From the NCBI GenBank assembly GCA_022813965.1, contig JALDZS010000061.1, forward strand, positions 62,001-124,372: a DNA stretch of 62,372 nucleotides. Direction: 5' to 3'. Source of the stretch: Toensbergia leucococca (Eukaryota). Positions 12,937 through 24,677 of this stretch are shown here, in pieces. The notes beneath the pieces are model-generated. The model was given only the letters and a program-made list of their open reading frames with translations. It was not told the DNA's origin and did no database searches. Position numbers and translations under genes: made by a program. How positions within the stretch are numbered: position 1 is the stretch's first letter; each line of letters opens with the position of its first letter.

Positions 12937-13674
12937 TCAGGATTTGTACTCCTTACGCATAGCTTCTTGAACAATTTTGCCGCACATCTTGGCGTAAGTA
13001 TTCGTCTGAATCGCCATGGCCTTGGCTATTTCGTTGCCATACTTTCCGCCCAAGGCGAAGTCACGACTACCGAGTTCCTCCAGGTTTTCGGCTGTGCGAC
13101 CACATAGGAATGCCGGCAGTTGCTGCTTATCTTGCAGAGCGGGTAGATCTTTTGATAGGGTATGAATGAGGGTGCCTCGTAGGGCATGCGCATTTGCTAA
13201 GACTCTCGCTTGCGAAGGTGACACTGGCGATTCAGGGAATTGTGGGGTTGCCAAGTCGATGGAACGATTGAGATCTGCAAACATTGTGTTCGAAGACGGT
13301 AACGAGGACGAGAAGATGTGATCGCCATACTTGATACGCAGAGCTTGGGCGCGATTCACATACCCCGAAGCATAATCTGGATATGTAGCGATGACTGAAG
13401 TCAATGCTGCTATTGCCTCATCAATTTCTGGATATTTTGATCTGAGTACTAGGCCATCGTGGGGGATTCGGGAAAGAGTTGTCTCGATTAAGCGAATCGA
13501 AGCGGCTTCCTGGCCTCGCAAACGTGCGAGTACGTCTCCGTTTTGAATGTGAGGGTCTTCAGGCATACCTGGATCGATGATAGTGGATGCATTTGGAGAA
13601 GCTTCGGCATCGAAAAGCCTATTGAGAACTGAGGTATCGCGCACTGACATGCTAGGAATTACTACTGATGGCAT
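12937..13674 (-). CDS. hmgX: TTC36-like TPR protein (HmgX, HppD accessory factor)
   Basis: Single exon. N-terminal SVRDTSVLNRLFDAE, TPR YPDYASGYVNRAQALR, C-terminal DFALGGKYGNEIAKAMAIQTNTYAKMCGKIV typical of TTC36. Head-to-head with hppD. Confidence 0.85.
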   Translation of the reverse strand: MPSVVIPSMSVRDTSVLNRLFDAEASPNASTIIDPGMPEDPHIQNGDVLARLRGQEAASIRLIETTLSRIPHDGLVLRSKYPEIDEAIAALTSVIATYPDYASGYVNRAQALRIKYGDHIFSSSLPSSNTMFADLNRSIDLATPQFPESPVSPSQARVLANAHALRGTLIHTLSKDLPALQDKQQLPAFLCGRTAENLEELGSRDFALGGKYGNEIAKAMAIQTNTYAKMCGKIVQEAMRKEYKS

Positions 13675-13992
13675 TTCTAGGCGGATGGATGAGCCTGAAT
13701 TATCTTCAGACCAACCTTGTTGAAGTAGGTATGACAATTCGTGGACTAGAGCTGTGTCAGTAACACATTATATAGATAAACACGAAAGGTCTCAAGCGCT
13801 AAGGGCCTGAAGCCATTGGTCTAAGTCAAGTGGGAATGTTAGCAACAAAGGTGTATTCACTCGTCAACCAAAGGAGCCGTCAATAACCCTACCTATGTCC
13901 CCAAGTAAACCTCTTGAGTTCTATACTGTCGTGTTTCGTCTAATTCAATATCGCTGTTCTTTTCATTCGTACGCTTTGTATCGGCAATGAAC

Positions 13993-14004
13993 CGGTTGTA
14001 ACCG
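13993..14004. promoter_or_regulatory. CGG-N6-CCG inverted repeat (candidate Zn2Cys6 site) in the hmgX/hppD bidirectional promoter
   Basis: CGGTTGTAACCG lies between TATA-like boxes near 13768 and 14060. Regulator identity is inferred only. Confidence 0.35.
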
Positions 14005-14151
14005 CCACAAAGCGTTGGATGGGCGTTGAGATGAGTTTGGAATGAATCTTACAATACATTATATAAGAAGATATATTTGAGAGCGTCAATGACTGTCTAG
14101 TCAAAATAGGTCTATAAAACAGCTTTACCTCCGCGATACTGCATTGTGAGC

Positions 14152-15520
<1,369 letters not shown>

Positions 15521-16809
15521 GTGCGCAAAGCAAGGTTTATAGAGACCTGTATAGGTCTGTTTTGGATCAGTATATTTCTCTTTCCGTGCTCGCCTTTTTG
15601 TCCTAGCAAGCTAAGACACTTACTTTGTGAACGAGTCATGGAGTTACCTCAGCGAACCGATTTTACTGTACATAATCAGTAGTTATTCAGTTATGATATC
15701 CAGAACGTTACCATTGCCTCTGTGAAACTAAACCGTAGTTTAGGGATCAGTAGTATTACTTGCACAACTGAACCCATACTTAACAAAATGGTACCTCATA
15801 TCTTCATACTGCGCCTAAGTACTGAAGGTCACATATTTATTTCTAACATCGTATTCTGACGATGAGAACGTACACGGAGATCGAGCAGTAATCGATTCCT
15901 GGTGATGTATGGACCACACGAGTTGAAGATGAAATGGAGTATGGACTGAACAGTGCTCGATGACTCCTAAAGAATGATGATCAATGCTTAGATAAGTGGT
16001 AGATCATGTCGATGGTGATATATCTATGATTGATGTATCGCTCGCATCAACAGATTTCTGGGTCCAAGATTAATATTTCCATGTCCACCAAACAGCTTCC
16101 CTCCAAGAACATTTCACCATTCGCCGTTGTCCTTGATGCATCTTTTTATGAACGCCAACCAAATTCGACCCTTTGATCGTGACTAGACCGATGACTTATA
16201 TATGTAGGAGTGTCAAGAAGTCTGCCGTTGCAAGAGTCTAGCATGCGAAAGCCAAAAACTTATTAATTGGGTGCTAAGGGCTGTAACAGATACCGATTTG
16301 GTTGTAATGCTCCAGAGATTCTGCGCCAGCGATATATAGCCATATATTTCAGTGAGAGTGATCCAATTCAGCATAAGACGATCGTTGGGCGGAGAAGATG
16401 ATGATCCGAAAAGCGCATCTGATAGGCAGTGGATAAGTTATCCATCTGCCTGTAGCCCTGCATCCTACTTCCATGTGAGCTTCTGCATCCTCGTACATTG
16501 TGAAGTGTGACCCTAGATATCAGGTTGTGACTCGTGGGCATTCTGTCGACATTGACACTATGCCTAACTTGGCCAAGTCACATGCAGGGAATTGCTGTGC
16601 CTTGAGCCTTCCATTTTCCACTCGGACCACTCCCGCTCCAAGATCCTTCCGAGTCGTCATCAACTAGTTTACCGGACAATGGAACCATCAAAGCTTCAAT
16701 TGCCACGGCATATCAATCATCGAGTGACTTTCCTCCACATCCATTAAATCGGCATCCATCTAGTCTAGACTCCCTCAATTGCTGCATAATAACCCTCACC
16801 AGTATCGTT

Positions 16810-17729
16810 ATGCCGCCATTCCGGAATCCTTTTGGCAGAAAGCCACCGAATGCCGGTGGTGTTGCTCCTACCAGTATTCAAGATGAGGAAACACGCCCAG
16901 CGACGCAGGATCTACCCGAGGACGGAATCAAACGATCAGATATGACAGCTTCAAGGACTTCGTCTGCAATGAGCATTAAACCTAGCAGGGAAGAACCGAG
17001 CGAGTATAAGTTAAGCGGTTCGTCTTCAATAGCTGCTTCTGCATCTAGGGTGGCACTTGAGAGTAGGACTAATTCAGAGGCAGTCGTAAACGACAGCGGC
17101 GTCTATCTTCCTGTGAGTTATTCTCATAATACCAAACCGTGGCGGTGTTAACAGCAGAGACAGCCCTCGCCACCGGAGAAAAAGAGTTTCTGGCATAAAA
17201 CACCTACATCTACTCAATCGTCGAATCACCGAACTCTTTTAAGCGAGAATGAACCTTTCTCAATATCCCGGGAGTCTTTCGAGTCGTACCGTAGATCCTT
17301 TGTTTGTTCCCATTCCAAACGCTGACCGTTTGATCGCTAAGTAAATCCGGCTAGGATATCTCAGCGCGCTCTCCCGTCTGCCAATCCAATGTTACTTCCC
17401 CACGCCAAAGCCTTGACTCGAGGTCTTCGCAGCAGCCGCGTTCAGCCATAAATGGTGTGAAGCGATTCGAGCGGCCGCAGCCGACTGACGAGGAGGGCTT
17501 CGAGGACGTAGGATTAAACGACGACACAAAGCCGAAGAAGAAAGGTATATTTTCACGTTTTAATGATATTTCTGAGCCCCCTACTTCCAATGAGAACTCG
17601 CGGCCGAGCTCGAGCCACCGTGGGTTCCATATTCCTGGCAGGAAACGAGGCCAAAGCGGTCAGGGTGCCGAGTTAGGGAGAATCGATCCGCCCATCACCA
17701 ACGGCGTCAACGATGGTGTCGTAAGGTAG
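16810..17729 (+). CDS. Conserved hypothetical fungal protein (low complexity)
   Basis: Exons 16810-17017, 17084-17112, 17164-17301, 17355-17729 give a continuous frame (EYKLSVVNDSGVYLPPSPPEKKSFW..ENEPFSISRESFESYRRSFDISARSP..EEGFEDVGL). Confidence 0.75.
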
Positions 17730-18268
17730 TATGGATCAACCACATCATGAGAGGGAACATTCTATGACGACTTACGCGGATCGATACGAGTCTGTGAGAG
17801 TCTCAATGGAGACTTCCAAGTAAGCATAAGCATTGGGTAATCATTGTTTCGAAACCATGGCGCATTGGGCAGGAGTGGGCATTTGTAGCTTCCTCACGCA
17901 ATCCTTCTATCAGAAATTGACTGCTAAGCTGCGGATCTTAATGTAATATCAAATCGGTAAAGGCGGTAATGAGGTTGGGGAGTCAATGCCGCGAACGCCG
18001 CTTTATGAACTGGTGCAAAGAATAATACAATCATCGAACTTTGAACAGCAAGAGCCTATTGGTTGTAGATCAAAATATCTTGACACAGAGCTTCTGCCTT
18101 TCTAGTAGAACATCAGTCATGGCCATCCACCAATGCCAGGAAGATAAGAGGGCTTGGAGAGGATCGAGTGTCGAGCCGAGCAAACCAGGCAAACAATTTC
18201 ATAATCTAGAATAGTGTACTCCGTATCCGTACGGATACGAATAGGCGCAGCGGTCTTCCTCCGCACCT

Positions 18269-18278
18269 TGAAATTTTG
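18269..18278 (+). promoter_or_regulatory. RRPE-like element upstream of PUF6
   Basis: TGAAATTTTG about 50 bp upstream of a ribosome-biogenesis gene. Confidence 0.4.
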
Positions 18279-18322
18279 TAATCTTCCGAATCGAAAATCA
18301 AAGCTGCAGCGATATTCCCGCA

Positions 18323-20416
18323 ATGGCCGTAGTTAAACGTAAGAAAGCATCCGATGTCAGAGTAACGGGCAATAATAGCCATAAAAAGCCAAGAAGAGAA
18401 GTTGTCAAAGCTGCGAGACCGATCCTCGAAGCCGAAACAGACTCTGACCCAATTATCGAGTCGGATACCACAGAGCATAGCGGCGATGATGATGGTGTTA
18501 GCTGGCCTGAGGACGATAATGGGGACGCAGAGCAGATCTCAGCAGACGAAAAATATATCACAAGCAGCGGTACAGGACGCTCGATAAAGGAGAAGCACAA
18601 CGGCATCAGTAATTGTATGAAGCATCCAATTTCCTTCACAAGTGCCGAGCTAACGACACGTATAGCAAACTCTTCCAAAGAATCCCATGCGAAACAAAAG
18701 GCTATGGCGCAGGAACGCAAGGCGTCGAAGCCCAACGCCGACTCTATAGCTCGCTCGAAAAAGTTGTGGGAGCGTTTACGTCGGAAATCACATGTTCCCC
18801 TCACTGAACGAAAGGAGCTGGTTGCAGAGCTTTTCGACATCATTACTGGCCGAGTCAAAGATTTTGTTTTGAAGCACGACTCTGTTCGAGTGATTCAAAC
18901 GGCACTGAAGTATGCTAATCCTGAGCAGCGGAAGATGATAGCTCAGGAGCTCAGAGGTGAATATCGTGGTCTTGCTGAAAGTAGATATGCCAAATTTCTC
19001 ATAGGCAAGCTCCTGGTGCATGGGGATGAGGAGATTAGAGATTTGGTGGTTCCGGAGTTCTACGGCCATATCCGGCGGATGATCAAACATCCTGAAGCCT
19101 CTTGGATCTTAGACGATGTTTACCGTGGTGTTGCTACACCCTCTCAAAAAGCTATTATGTTGAGGGAATGGTACGGAGCCGAGTTTGCTATATTTAAACC
19201 AGATAAGCAAAGTCCGGTCTCTGGAGATTTGAGGGGACTGTTAGCCGGGAGTCCCGAGAAGAGAACGCCGATAATTAGGGCCTTACACGATCTTATAAAT
19301 CAACTCGTGCAGAAACAGACTACAGGATTCACCATGCTGCATGATGCCATGCTCCAGTATTTCCTGAACGTGCACCCAGGGAGCGAAGAAGCGACTGAAT
19401 TTATTGAGCTCTTGAAAAGTGACGAAGAGGGTGACCTCCTCAAGAATCTTGCCTTCACAAAATCAGGGGCTCGTCTCGTTTGCCTAGTCCTCGCTTATGG
19501 CAGTGCAAAGGATCGTAAACAAATCCTCAAAACATACAAGAATACCATGCAGACTCTTGCTTATGACACGAACGGTCATCGAGTCCTTCTCGCTGCTTAC
19601 GATGTCATTGATGACACGATATTAACATCTAAATCCATCTTTCCGGAGCTGCTTGGCAAAGAATCTGCACCTGAGGAGCAGCACCATCTCCTCATGGCAT
19701 ACGTAACAAACCCCAATGCTCGCGTACCAATTTTATATCTTTTCGCTGGAAATGCGAAGTCTGTGTTGCCGGTCGACGATCTAGCACTTCTTGATGAGAT
19801 CCATGAGATCCGAAAGACGGCGTCGAAGAAGAATGCTGAAACGCGGCGCAAGGAGCTTGTAACAGCGATATCACCCCGTCTTCTGTCATTTGTAGCTGCA
19901 AAGGCTGAAGATTTGGTCACGTCGAGCTTTGGATGCCAGTTCATTTGTGAAATCCTACTCGGTGGCATTGGTGACCGCGAAGAGGCAATAAGCGCCGTTG
20001 CAGACCTGCCAAATAAAAGCGCAGAGGTTCAAGCATCCCTCAACTCCGCAGCAGGAGGCCGAATGCTCAAGACCCTCGTCCTCGGCGGCCGCTTCAATCC
20101 GAGAACAAAAGCAATCGATCTGGCCGATCCACCGCTAGGATTCCATGACATGCTATATGTCAATATCAAGCCAGCTGTTGTAGAATGGGCAACTAGCAGG
20201 AACTCCTTTGTAATCGTTGGTTTGCTCGAGGCGAGAGGCTTCTCCAAACGCGAGGAGCTAGTGAAAACGCTTAAGAAACATACACGTTTACTGGAAAAGG
20301 CGGTGAAAGGGGTAGTTGTATCTGGTGTGGTGAGTACTGAGGAGGTGAAGGGATCGAAGAAGGCTGAGACGGGAAATAAGGGTGCGAAGCTGCTGGTTGA
20401 GATAATTGAGGAGTAG
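18323..20416 (+). CDS. PUF6: Pumilio-homology protein Puf6/PUM3 (CPL domain)
   Basis: 697-aa ORF with KKLWERLR, VLKHDSVRVIQTALKY, YGSAKDRK and DVIDDT. A probable in-frame 51-nt intron lies at 18615-18665. Confidence 0.93.
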   Translation: MAVVKRKKASDVRVTGNNSHKKPRREVVKAARPILEAETDSDPIIESDTTEHSGDDDGVSWPEDDNGDAEQISADEKYITSSGTGRSIKEKHNGISNCMKHPISFTSAELTTRIANSSKESHAKQKAMAQERKASKPNADSIARSKKLWERLRRKSHVPLTERKELVAELFDIITGRVKDFVLKHDSVRVIQTALKYANPEQRKMIAQELRGEYRGLAESRYAKFLIGKLLVHGDEEIRDLVVPEFYGHIRRMIKHPEASWILDDVYRGVATPSQKAIMLREWYGAEFAIFKPDKQSPVSGDLRGLLAGSPEKRTPIIRALHDLINQLVQKQTTGFTMLHDAMLQYFLNVHPGSEEATEFIELLKSDEEGDLLKNLAFTKSGARLVCLVLAYGSAKDRKQILKTYKNTMQTLAYDTNGHRVLLAAYDVIDDTILTSKSIFPELLGKESAPEEQHHLLMAYVTNPNARVPILYLFAGNAKSVLPVDDLALLDEIHEIRKTASKKNAETRRKELVTAISPRLLSFVAAKAEDLVTSSFGCQFICEILLGGIGDREEAISAVADLPNKSAEVQASLNSAAGGRMLKTLVLGGRFNPRTKAIDLADPPLGFHDMLYVNIKPAVVEWATSRNSFVIVGLLEARGFSKREELVKTLKKHTRLLEKAVKGVVVSGVVSTEEVKGSKKAETGNKGAKLLVEIIEE

Positions 20417-20802
20417 TGAGTTGTGATGTGGATGGAGACTAGGTGTCGAGGTTCGGACATTTACTTGCCACAGAACAACCACGCCCAAGTACTAGATATA
20501 CCACGCAATGCATACCCAGGATCCATATCATCCTCAAGTATTTGCACTAATCAACCCATTCAGCACAGCACCCCCTAATCCGAGTACCTACCACCAGCTT
20601 CCCAAATCAGGGTGAGTCATCAACCTTCCTTGAGAGACAACCAATTCCCTTTAGCGTCTCATATTGTGGAGTGGATCCCTTCATAACCTCCAGTGCGACT
20701 GTGTGAAGCTCCCATTCCCTACCCCTTGAGCGATGAACACCCGTTCATCTCAGAAAACTATTCACATACATGGGTATTTAACCCTCATCAACTTGCACTC
20801 AT

Positions 20803-20985
20803 TGGCCTTCCTTGAAGATAATTCTGCTTTGCCCTGCGTCAAAGGGTTTTCTTTCTTGCACATTACACCAACTCACGGACGGAGTACCATCTTCATCAAC
20901 CATACACTCAAGGTCCTTCTTAAAGCTAGCTTTGCTTTTCACTACGCGAAGAGGTTTTCTTTCTTACACATAACACCGACACACT
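20803..20985 (+). repeat. Degenerate direct duplication, ~108-bp period
   Basis: GGCCTTCCTTGAAG..GGTTTTCTTTCTTGCACATTACACCAACTCAC vs GGTCCTTCTTAAAG..GGTTTTCTTTCTTACACATAACACCGACACAC. Confidence 0.7.
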
Positions 20986-21023
20986 CTGAATGTGTAAAAC
21001 CCTCGTCAACTCCGCCCTCACCG

Positions 21024-21195
21024 CTCTTCTCAAAGGCAACAACATCATCATTAGCATCACGCACAGTCTCAACCAACAACATCCATCATTATCATCACAC
21101 AGAGTCTCTTCTCAACGGCAACAACATCATCTTTAGCATCGCGCACAGTCTCTTTCAAAATGCAACAACATTATCATTAGCATCACACACAGTAT
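21024..21195 (+). repeat. Degenerate minisatellite, ~45-bp unit, ~4 copies
   Basis: Recurrent CTCTTCTCAAxGGCAACAACATCATCATTAGCATCACGCACAGT. Confidence 0.75.
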
Positions 21196-22189
21196 TTTCA
21201 CTATTCAACGGTCTCATATCATCATCATTCTTCTGCTCTTACTCAGCGCAGTCACTGAGCATGAAACCTACAAGAAGCTCTTCATTGTAGCGCTGCTGTT
21301 GCTCTGCCTCTTCTTCTTTTGCTTTGCACACACTCTATGAAAGTATATCACAGACAATGCTTCTTAAGAGATAGCATTCATTTTATAAAGAGAGACTTAG
21401 TGCGCAAGTCAGAGATGACAGACAGAAACATGCAGAACCTCACATGTATTTTTATGTGTGTATATATACTACTCTTTCTTTTCTGTATATATTTATTTCT
21501 CTTTGAGTATCTCTTTCTTCTGTGCGTGCGCAAACATGCACAAATAATAAATCGCTTGCGCAATGAGTGTGACAGTTGTCAATTTTTCACTTTGTGAGAC
21601 TGATAAATTCTTCTTCTCTTTATATTGATATACAGAAAACAAAAAGTATTGAAAGCGCACTGATAATGAGACTCATGATCTTGATAAAGGCACAGCAAAA
21701 AACACACATCAATAGTGTTAAGCTGTCACTTACTGTGTCTTTCATTAATACACAATCTGAAAGTATCTTGCTTTTTTATCAAAGCAGAGCTTGCGCATTG
21801 CTTTATGCGCATATTTCTATGCGCAGAGATATGAACGCTAGCTGTGAGTATACAACACTGAATAAAGTAAGTTCAAACAATGCAAGAGTACAATATTGAG
21901 AGAACATTACTGACATGTGAAAGCTCAGCTTATCTGTGACTTACCTCACTAAACACACAACTACGCACAGAAATTTAAAGATTATTTATCAGTCAAGTAC
22001 AACGCTTTTAGCATATCATTTTTGTGCTGAAAATGAAATTCAGATAAAGAAGTTGAATGATGCCCTTCATATTATTGCGCAATACTACAAGTGTTGATTT
22101 CAGCCTTGAGAATGAATCAATCATCACATCAACAGACTGAAGAGTGAAATGTATTTTGCGCAGTCAAAATTGTGCACATGCAACTTCAT

Positions 22190-22320
22190 GTTGTTGCGCA
22201 GCAGGACTACAAATGTCTCACTGATATATTTACGCAGACTTTGCGTACTCAAAATTGTGCACACACACAATACTACAAGTGTATCACTGATATAATTACA
22301 CAGACTTTGCGCAGTCAACT
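22190..22320 (+). repeat. Degenerate tandem repeat, ~66-bp unit, 2 copies
   Basis: ACTACAAATGTCTCACTGATATATTTACGCAGACTTTGCG vs ACTACAAGTGTATCACTGATATAATTACACAGACTTTGCG. Confidence 0.7.
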
Positions 22321-22556
22321 AAGCGCGCAACTAAAATTGTGCGTGTGCAACTAAAGGGGCAGCACACTGATACAAATCTGACAAAACTAAATTCTTGACA
22401 AATTGTATGCATTTAATGCTTACTGCGCAACATTGAATCTCTCTCACTGATATCATCAAAATATCACTAAGAACAAGATCATGTTGAATGAAAGTGCGGC
22501 TTTGTCAGCATGAGATAAAAGAATTCTCTGCACACAATTAAAGGAGCGACCTTTTT

Positions 22557-24677
22557 AAACTGAAATGAACAACTCCACCTCGAGCTTGAGGATGTTTTCA
22601 TTTTGTCTACCTAGCTCACTACTTCTAATTACAGCAGATTTATCTAGACAGTTCAGGGAGGAGATGCATGACCACCAGGCCACTCGGACAAGGAATCGAA
22701 TCAGTGCTAGCCGCTCCTACTCATTGTATTATCGGTCAGTCAGAGACCACGTTGCCTACTTGCCTTCATCTTAGAGGAAAAGACCACGGCCTGACCAACC
22801 CTCGCACACTCGGAGCTCCCGAACACATGAAACACCAGATACCATATCACACCAAGTATCAACGCCTAAACAAAGCACATATATAAGACAATCTGTCTAT
22901 CTATTCCTCCTCTGAACCTGAGTCCGGCTCACTGAACTCCTCCTCAACCTCCTCTGCTTCATCCGATTAGTTTAAGCACCGCAGGCCTCGGAGGATCCTT
23001 ACGTCTCTTGGTGCTTCTCCCCAAACCTTCTGAAACATTTCCTCATTGAAGTCCCTGCTAAAAAATCGTTCTGATAAGCTTAGCGTCCTCTCGTGAACAA
23101 CTCCACCTCGAAAAACTGAAACGAACAACCAGAGGAACGAAATGAGAGGTTCTGAGAGAATTGAGAGTCATCTTCACCCAGAAGATTATGATCGTCGTCT
23201 TCGCCAAGAAGAACATGACCGTCGAATCAAACAACAAGCCAGCGAAATGGCGCAATCTTTTCGTGAGTCTCGCTGTCATGGCGGAGATGATTTTTCCTCG
23301 CTTCACGAACTGGTAAAGCCGTTAATTGAGAAGGTTCCTGGGCTCAAGCTCGAAAACAAAACGGCTCGTCCAGAAACCCTGACTACCGTGTACGAATTGC
23401 TACGGAAGCACTGCGTGAACCTTCTAGCATCACTACCGGAACGCCTCGCCCGGCAACGTCGCATAGTGAGGATAGGCTAGCTCAAATACTACATGTCCCT
23501 CGCGAATCTGGAAATCAAGATCTGGAGGGGGAGTAGCCAGCCCGATAAACTACTAGCTAGAGCGAGCGAGAAATACCGAACTACCTTATTACAAACGGGT
23601 TACCACCCTAATGCAGAGGGTAGGAGCCAAAGATCGACCAGCAATAACCACCACTACTTCCCTTACCACCTTGGAAGCGGCAATGCTAGACACAATATTG
23701 TATGCTTTCATCAAAGGGCTGAGTGATCTAGCCCTTTGAGTTGAATCGACCAGCTCCATGGCCTCACCTGAGAGGTCCCTTCGGAGCATTTACAATGCTA
23801 TCACTGAAGATCCCTTTAAACCTCATCTATCAACAACATCCTCACTAAGCTTTCTTCCGCCGTACCAACCACAACTACAACCTCACCTACCGTAGACGCT
23901 TCACAAAGACGGCAAGGAACCATCCGAATCAGTACCCAAGCCCGCGAGGAAAGAGATTGAGGCCACCTCCGAAATGTTGAAACCCAATCCGAATGCACAA
24001 AATCGCCGGGATACGCCACGTAAAACGAATACCGGCACACCTAAAGATCTACCGCTCAGAAGGTTTTCCATTCGTGGCCTGGAATAGTTCTTATTGGCAA
24101 GATCTCGATAGAATTCGAGTTGATCTGCCGTTGTTTCTCAGCTATCATCTTCTGCATCTCAATATTCGCTCTTCTGGTTTCTTCAGCTACACAACTCCAC
24201 CTCTAAAAACTGAAATGAACAACTCTCTGGGCAAGCTTGAGACGTATATAGGCATGACTGGATGGCTCAGAAGGTACATTCCCTACTACGCCCAAATAAC
24301 TCAACCACTACAAGAGATGAAGAAGGCGTTGCTTCGTGGAGCACCAATCGCGGGTCACCCACGCAAGAAGTTCGCTTTTGGAACACCCATTGAAGCCCCG
24401 GCACCTCGTGAAACGTCAGCTTTTCTATCCTTGCAAAAGCTGCTAAGTCGTCCATCATACCTTGTTCATTTTGACCGACAATGACGGTTATACATCGATA
24501 TTGATGCGTCCAAAGATTTTGGCTTTGGGGTAATGGTTTACCACGCCTTCGCCAGCGCCGATGGGCCACATCCTACACGCTTTAGCCGGAGGCTACTCGT
24601 TCACCCGAGCAATCCTGGATCTACGAATCCTGGAGCTACGGACACCCCGCTGGACCTCTAAAAACTGAAATGAACAA
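22557..24677 (+). repeat. Dispersed 28-nt unit ACAACTCCACCTCTAAAAACTGAAATGA, four circularly permuted copies
   Basis: Copies at 22557-22583, 23094-23129, 24191-24225, 24654-24677. Same strand, 0-2 mismatches; copies 2 and 3 exceed one unit and reveal the 28-nt period. Confidence 0.9.
23587..24545 (+). mobile_element. Fragmented Ty3/Gypsy LTR retrotransposon (gag pieces plus RT-connection/RNase H piece)
   Basis: 24226-24545 reads LGKLETYIGMTGWLRRYIPYYAQITQPLQ..LVHFDRQ*RLYIDIDASKDFGFGVMVYH (RT thumb to RNase H DAS). 23587-23796 reads YYKRVTTLMQRVGAKDR..LEAAMLDTILYAFIKGL, gag-like. Stops are present. Confidence 0.85.

Larger units (their letters stand above)
20700..22550. mobile_element. AT-rich, hypermutated repeat/transposon relic, family not identifiable
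   Basis: Abrupt GC drop, CpG and CC/GG depletion, several internal degenerate tandem repeats, no credible ORF. Confidence 0.6.

Noticed and set aside
20733..21899. ORFs of 185, 92 and 107 aa in the AT-rich relic
   Set aside because: They translate degenerate tandem repeats and have no recognisable domain.
22557..24677. True CRISPR array
   Set aside because: Eukaryotic context, spacers of 0.4-1 kb and unequal, repeats permuted and non-palindromic, no cas genes.
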